DNA of 63,944 nucleotides, filler included, from Thelocarpon superellum (Eukaryota): NCBI GenBank assembly GCA_026025795.1. It is 7 parts of 7 records of this genome, joined end to end, with 100 filler letters (N's around TTAATTAATTAA, not from the genome) between each part and the next. Parts side by side here need not be neighbours in the genome. Positions count along the whole stretch, not along the records: positions 58,389 to 63,944 come from JAPEUG010000703.1; 6 more parts are not named here. One strand, 5' to 3'. Shown piece by piece: positions 58,389 to 63,944 of this stretch (position 1 is its first letter; each line of letters starts with the position of its first letter). The notes under the pieces were generated by a model. It saw only the letters and a program-made list of their open reading frames with translations, ran no database searches and was not told where the DNA came from. The position numbers and the translations under genes were made by a program.

Positions 58389-59555
58389 GTGTGGCCAAGT
58401 GGGCTGGACGAAGACGTCTGTTTAATTGGCCAATCTTACTGACGACTGGATTGGCGGGTAGGTTGCCGAGCTCAGACTGCACAAGTAGCTCATAACTCGC
58501 TCGCAGTCTGGTGTCACGTCCAATTCACCTGCCACCCGTGCAGCTGTCACGTCAGTGATCGACGTTACGTTGCATCCTTTCACAGGCAAGCGATGGTCGC
58601 TCGTCCGCCGCCTTGAAACAGAGGGAAAGAGAGATCATCCATGGTCCACACACTCGGTCCATACCTATACGAGTCATGTCTCTCAGTTCCTTCAGGAAGG
58701 TCCTTCAGGAAGGAGCCAGACTTCGATCATCCATCAGACCTCAACTACGCGCCGCTCCGGGGTCTGTGTACGCGGACACGTTTGGTAGCGCGGCGACGGG
58801 TGGGGAATTGACGTTCATGTTTGACTTGCGCGCTTAATGTGTTGTGCGTTACGCGCAATTTGAGTCAGCATCACGACTTGCGGCACGAGTAGCACTCGGC
58901 GGTAGTTGGTTAACTTAACACGCTCCGGATGCTACCGGGAGATACGGTAGTGGGCCACCAAAGTGAGCGAACACGTCTCGCGAGAATTGTCCCAAGAACA
59001 CTAGAACATCTCGCGAATGCCTGTCCGCTCCGTTTTGTGCCCTGCCTCTACTACTTCTACCACTAGTAGTACCAGTAGTTGTGTCTCCCCGCGCACTCCA
59101 ACACTCCTCCTTCGACCACGACGCACTTGCGATCAGCTCAAGGAATCTCGGAGCCCCGGAAGGCCTCATCGGTCGATAGCGTGCTCGATAGGTACGGGAT
59201 GATAGGTCCTGATCATCTTCCAATGCACAACTTATAGTGCAAGGACATGGGTTGTTGTGTCGTGCACCAAAGTGCTAGCGCCTAGCACAACTCGCCTCAA
59301 GTAGGTTCCATATTCGGTTTGAATCGGTGCATCCATGGGTTGAGTTTCATAACATGTCAGGGTATGTACATCATCAACGATCCTTACTCATGGTAAATCC
59401 AAGCTCTCGACGTCAGACCGCCACCCAAACCCCAAGACGCCTACGCTGAAATTCCATGCTCGACATCATCCTCCCGACCTCCAACCATGGAGCATCACCT
59501 CATTCCTCCCAGGCAGCATACAAGTACGAAAAGAATATGAGCAAAAATGGAGCCG

Positions 59556-61205
59556 TCATCGACGATGTCGTCCGCCCCGATCATCAGCATCATCATCATC
59601 ATCCAGGAGGAAAAAGGTCGATTTCTTCTCCCGTAGCATCGTTGGCGGCGGGGAGGGAACGATGTCGTCGTCGATCTGGATGTCCACCGTGCGCATGATC
59701 GAGTGCGGGTCGTCCCGCTCGTCGGCAAAGGGCGCCATCTTGTTCTTTTCGCTCTCTGTCATCATCGCCGCGTCGCCGCGTCGTTTCTGCGCCAGCGTCG
59801 CCTCGTCGATCGTCGCCAACGTGTTGAGCTGACTGCGGTTGCCCGTGCGGTTGCCCGTGCGGAACGGTCGCCCAAACCGTTCCCAGTCGATCGTCGCCAG
59901 CTTGCCCGATCCCGTGATGGATCCGAGCTCGAGGAAGCGCTTGCGCTTGCCTTGGCCCGGACCCGGGCCAAATTCGTCGCCAGCCTCGTCGCGGGTCTGC
60001 AACACGCTCCATTCCGGCGGCCAGATGGACGGTCCACGTTGCTTGCGCCGGAACGACATCTCCGTTGAATTCGACGGGAGCTCGATCTCGCTGGATTTCG
60101 ACAAGCCCGAGATTTTCGTGAGTTCGCTGACCGACCGAGCCACATTCATCGCAAAAGGTTTCAAGGCCGGAACGCAGCTGATGGCGATGCAGACGTTGAG
60201 CTCCACCATGCTGTGCCTCGGGTCAGCCGCAAACTCTGTAGTTCCCCAGTAGTCCAAGACCTACCACCAGAGTTCAATCTCATAGCTATACCACGTCACG
60301 TCCGCATCGTCCAACGTCTTGATCAGACGGATCATGCGCACAAATGCCGCTGCCGTAGCCCTGTGAGACGCATTAACGCATGCCTCTCGCCCATCACCCG
60401 CTGCCGCCACTCACACGCCACCGATCAGAAAGGTGCCTGCCACTGCCAGGCGTTGCTTGAGCGGGAGGTGGAGCCCCAGCACCGCCTTGACCGGGAGGAA
60501 GAGGATCAAAATGTCGGTCAAGACATTCAGGCCCGACTCGATCGCCCCCATCAACAAAAGGTCGACACACGATCCCCCCGAGTTCTCAATGTCCCAGAAC
60601 TTGTTCACCGGCGTGCACCCGAAGATGACCGTGAGGAAGGACGCCGCGTGCGCCAACGTCACGAAGATGATGAGCGCCCACGTGGCCAGTCGCATCGGGC
60701 GGTCAGCTTGGAACAGCCGGAGGTAGAGGGAGAGCAAGGACATCTTGACCGTCCAGATGCACACGCCGTAGAGCATGGAGCACAGCCAGAGGTACTACCC
60801 CACGTCAGACCGTGACCGGCGCGCCCAGGGCACGACTCCACCACCTACCAGTAAGAAGCCGTCAAGGAAGCCCTCGCCATTTTGGTCCAAGATCATGCGG
60901 AACACGTGACGGCCCAGGCCATGTTGCGTATCGACGATGACGATGACGCTGAATGCGACGGCCAGGACCCACGAGACGATGAGAAAGCCGTCATCCAGCC
61001 CGGGCGAGCGTATGAGGAAGAAGCGCGTGTACAATTTCATCATGACGAAGAGCAAAGCCATGGCCGGGAGGACGATGGCCGTGACGACCAGCGACCCTCC
61101 TCGATCCGCCGGTGATGCGATATCCGACGTGTAGGTGATGTAGGAGGGCAGTCGATCCGTTCCGAGCAGCTGCCGCTCCACCAGCTCGCCCAAGAACGGC
61201 GCCAT
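59556..61205 (-). CDS. PTH11-like (fungal rhodopsin-domain) integral membrane protein, no CFEM domain
   Basis: KLYTR..GLDD, HGLGRH, VKMSLL.LY.RLF, C.PVNKFWD, TDILIL.LP, VELNV.IA.SCVPALKP; three introns. Confidence 0.88.
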
Positions 61206-63944
61206 GATGTCTCGCGCTCGCCGAGCCTGGACGATCAGCGCGCGCAGACGTTGCGGATGCGGAACAGGACCGAGGACGCAGAGGCAGAGGCAGAGGCAGA
61301 TACAGAAGAAGAAGAAGAGGCCCGCGGACAGGATCGAGAGGGGGGCGTTGGTGGAGACGAGGAGGCCCGAGGTAGTAGTACTCGCAGATCAGGAGTGTGT
61401 TGTGCCTGGGGTCCAATTGCCGACCATCCACCCCACACCACCATCCATGATGCGTCCGTATTCATCCACTGCTCCGTGCCTGCAACGCCCTAGTGGGAGC
61501 CGGCAGGGCGGCCACGCGGTGGTGGAGTGGGAATCCTGGTGGCGGCGCTGGCGCTGGCCCCGGCCCACCACGATTTGCCGGCTCAGCCTGGGCGCTCGCA
61601 GGCCCTGGGAGACCCGCCCGAGCCTGTGCGAGCGAGCCAGCGGCCAGCACGCACCCTCCGACACGCGCCACGCTCGACACGGGCCACTCGAACCCCCGTT
61701 CGCCGGGTTCCTGGCCAGCCCGTCGACAGGCTGATCCATTGGCTCGCTCGCACGGACGATATCTGCTCCTTGGCCGCACTGACTCGCCCTTACCCGTCGG
61801 GTACGGGAACTCGTGTGGCCCTGTGCGCACACCCGTTCGCTAGGTGGCATGGGGCCTGCCGATCCACCACCAGCGTGCTCTCATTTTGGCCTGGGCGGCG
61901 GGTGGGGCCAGCGCTCGCCAACTTTGGCGCTAATGCACCGCCCAGAGCTACCCAGGTTTCTCCTGAGCGAGGGCCATCGCGATCCCCGCCAGCCTCAACC
62001 TCATTGGCCGCGCCATCCGTCCAGCGCGGGAGTGCACACCATCGCATGCCCTTTAATCCATCTCTGCATTGAGCAATTGCCCTGCCCTGCGTCTCCTTGG
62101 CCCCGTGCTTCACCGCGGGGTAGGAGGAGGCGGGGGAAGAAGGAGAGGAGGCAAACGGACGCAGACCGCCCTCTCGGCCCTGCCTCCCTTTGTGTCCCAC
62201 ATCCCTTTCTCGAGAGATCGAGGTGAGCGACCATGCGAGGGTTGCGTCTGTATAACTTCTGCGGCCGCGAGGCTGAGGGCCAGGACGGATAAGTACGAGA
62301 GGTTGCCTCGGTCACGCCAAGATGAATGGCCTAGATCACGACGGCCAATGTACCATACGCATAAAGACGACGTCTCATGATGATAGAATTCTGCCGGAAA
62401 CGACTCGCAAACGACTCGCAATGCTTTAGTAGGACCAGTAGGCATCTGCTCTAACCAGTAGCTGTAGTGGTCATCATCCGCGGCAAGACTTGTCCTCAGA
62501 ACCAACCCATATTCGTACAAGACGGGTATACGTGGTTGGGGCCGAAGGTTTGACGCGTCCTCGTAGTGTCAGTCGGCCCGGACGTGGACGAGGCCCACCC
62601 TCGTCCACGTCGTCGTCGTAGTCGCGCGCCCGGGGCAGGGCGATAAGCGGACGGTTGGCTGATCGGGTGCTCGGAAGATCGACTCCGATCGCTAGATGGG
62701 AACCAGACTGGCCGGGTTCGCTTTGGCATCCTCCCGAGCCATCATCGGCACAGGGATTAGATCGGCCGGTACGAGGGCCGGGGAGGGAGACTGGGGCGAC
62801 TCATTGGACCTTCGCCGGATCCTAAGATTAGCTGCTGTTCACTACCTCCGCCGTCGACGATGCAAAACGTGACAGTATTCTGCCAACGCAGATGAGCACA
62901 CCATCCAGTGACTTGCAGCCTACATGGATGTAGTACTTGTTCGAGCCCTTGACTCGTGCGTCCGGGTCGGACGTCGCCGGAGCCGGGCAACATGTTGATT
63001 AAGCTCGCACCACGGACCGTCTTTCGTCACCTGGTCTGCACACGCTGCCAGCCGCACAAACCACACCTGCGCACGCACCATCTCCACACCGCCCTGAAAA
63101 ACCTTCCGTCTCCTTGGCCCACCCTGCCTGCCCAGCCGCCATGCAACCTCCACGACCACCACTAGGTAGCCATCCCCACCTTGCCACAATCATCATGACT
63201 CCACTCATCTTCATGCAACGGAATCGTCCGGCGAGCGCGACTAAACCCCCACCCTCACCGTGATGCCTGCAGCGAGTGTGCATCCGCGACACCTACTGTT
63301 GTACTGGCGGAACTCGCGTTGCCCCAGCGTTTGAGGGCGACTTCATCGCTCCAGTCATATCGTCTGCGCGATATCTCGCAGGGTGCGGTGGGGGTGCGCG
63401 TGCGACCAGTTCGACATCCTCTTCCCAGCGGGTGCAATGAGTAGAGCAGATCCGCCGGCATCCTACGAGGATAGGTCCCCCGGGCTTCGTCTCGTAATCC
63501 GTATGTCGTACATGAGCGACTGCCTAGCTGGACACTATGAATGCACATCGCGCACATAATCATCAGCACGCCTTGAGATGTCGATCATTCCCATCTTCAC
63601 CACCAGTCCATGTGGCCGCGAGCGGGGTCGGTTCGCACTGCGACGGTACGAGTACGAGTGCGAGTGCGGGTGGCTGGGGGTGAACAGTTTGGGGTGTGGC
63701 CGCCCCCGGTCCGCCATCGATCCCGCCATCGCCACGCCAAACCATATAGGTCAGTCCCTTCGCCCCACGCGCTCTTCGTCGTAGCACCAGTCCCGTCACC
63801 GAGACAGGGGTGGCTGAACGAAGCCGACCCGGTTGCCATCTCCGACATCGCCCCTGCATACCAATATAGTAAGGAGAAGTATTCATAGAGAGTTATGAAT
63901 GCACAAGCCTTAGTCCGCACGTATCCGGGTCGCGTTGGTTGTGG

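Noticed and set aside
52760..61205. Apparent cluster of methyltransferase, enoyl reductase and PTH11-like gene, or a restriction-modification system
   Set aside because: The PTH11-like gene is on a different contig; the methyltransferase is a eukaryotic BAH-containing DIM-2 type with no nuclease partner.

Overview
GC-rich, intron-containing filamentous ascomycete (Pezizomycotina-type) DNA. The window is not one locus. It is seven contigs joined by identical 100-nt linkers (44 N + TTAATTAATTAA + 44 N), and the complete contigs decrease in size (9677, 9653, 9584, 9567, 9560 nt), so adjacency across gaps means nothing. About 28 whole or partial protein genes are recognisable after splicing by eye. 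Most are housekeeping: eIF3m, CDC6, ATP1, MPO1-like, RPB7, SEC22, SLD7-like, VPS55, PRE5, CLPTM1, eIF2D, RCF2, COQ9, CMR1, MTF2-like. Others include a DIM-2-type DNA methyltransferase, an MHYT protein, a LOG enzyme, a WW-PhoD protein, a LovC-like enoyl reductase and a PTH11-like membrane protein. The best novelty candidate is a spliced 64-aa gene (2448-2728) missed by the ORF track: a disordered leader ending in a ubiquitin-like LRGG, followed by a 17-aa tail with six Cys. Also notable are a convergent paralog pair sharing exon structure but differing in membrane anchor (GPI vs transmembrane), a WW-PhoD protein with altered metal-ligand motifs, a highly base-paired eIF3m intron, and a cytochrome b2 homologue ending in PTS1 (SKL). 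All family calls come from motif recognition, not database searches.
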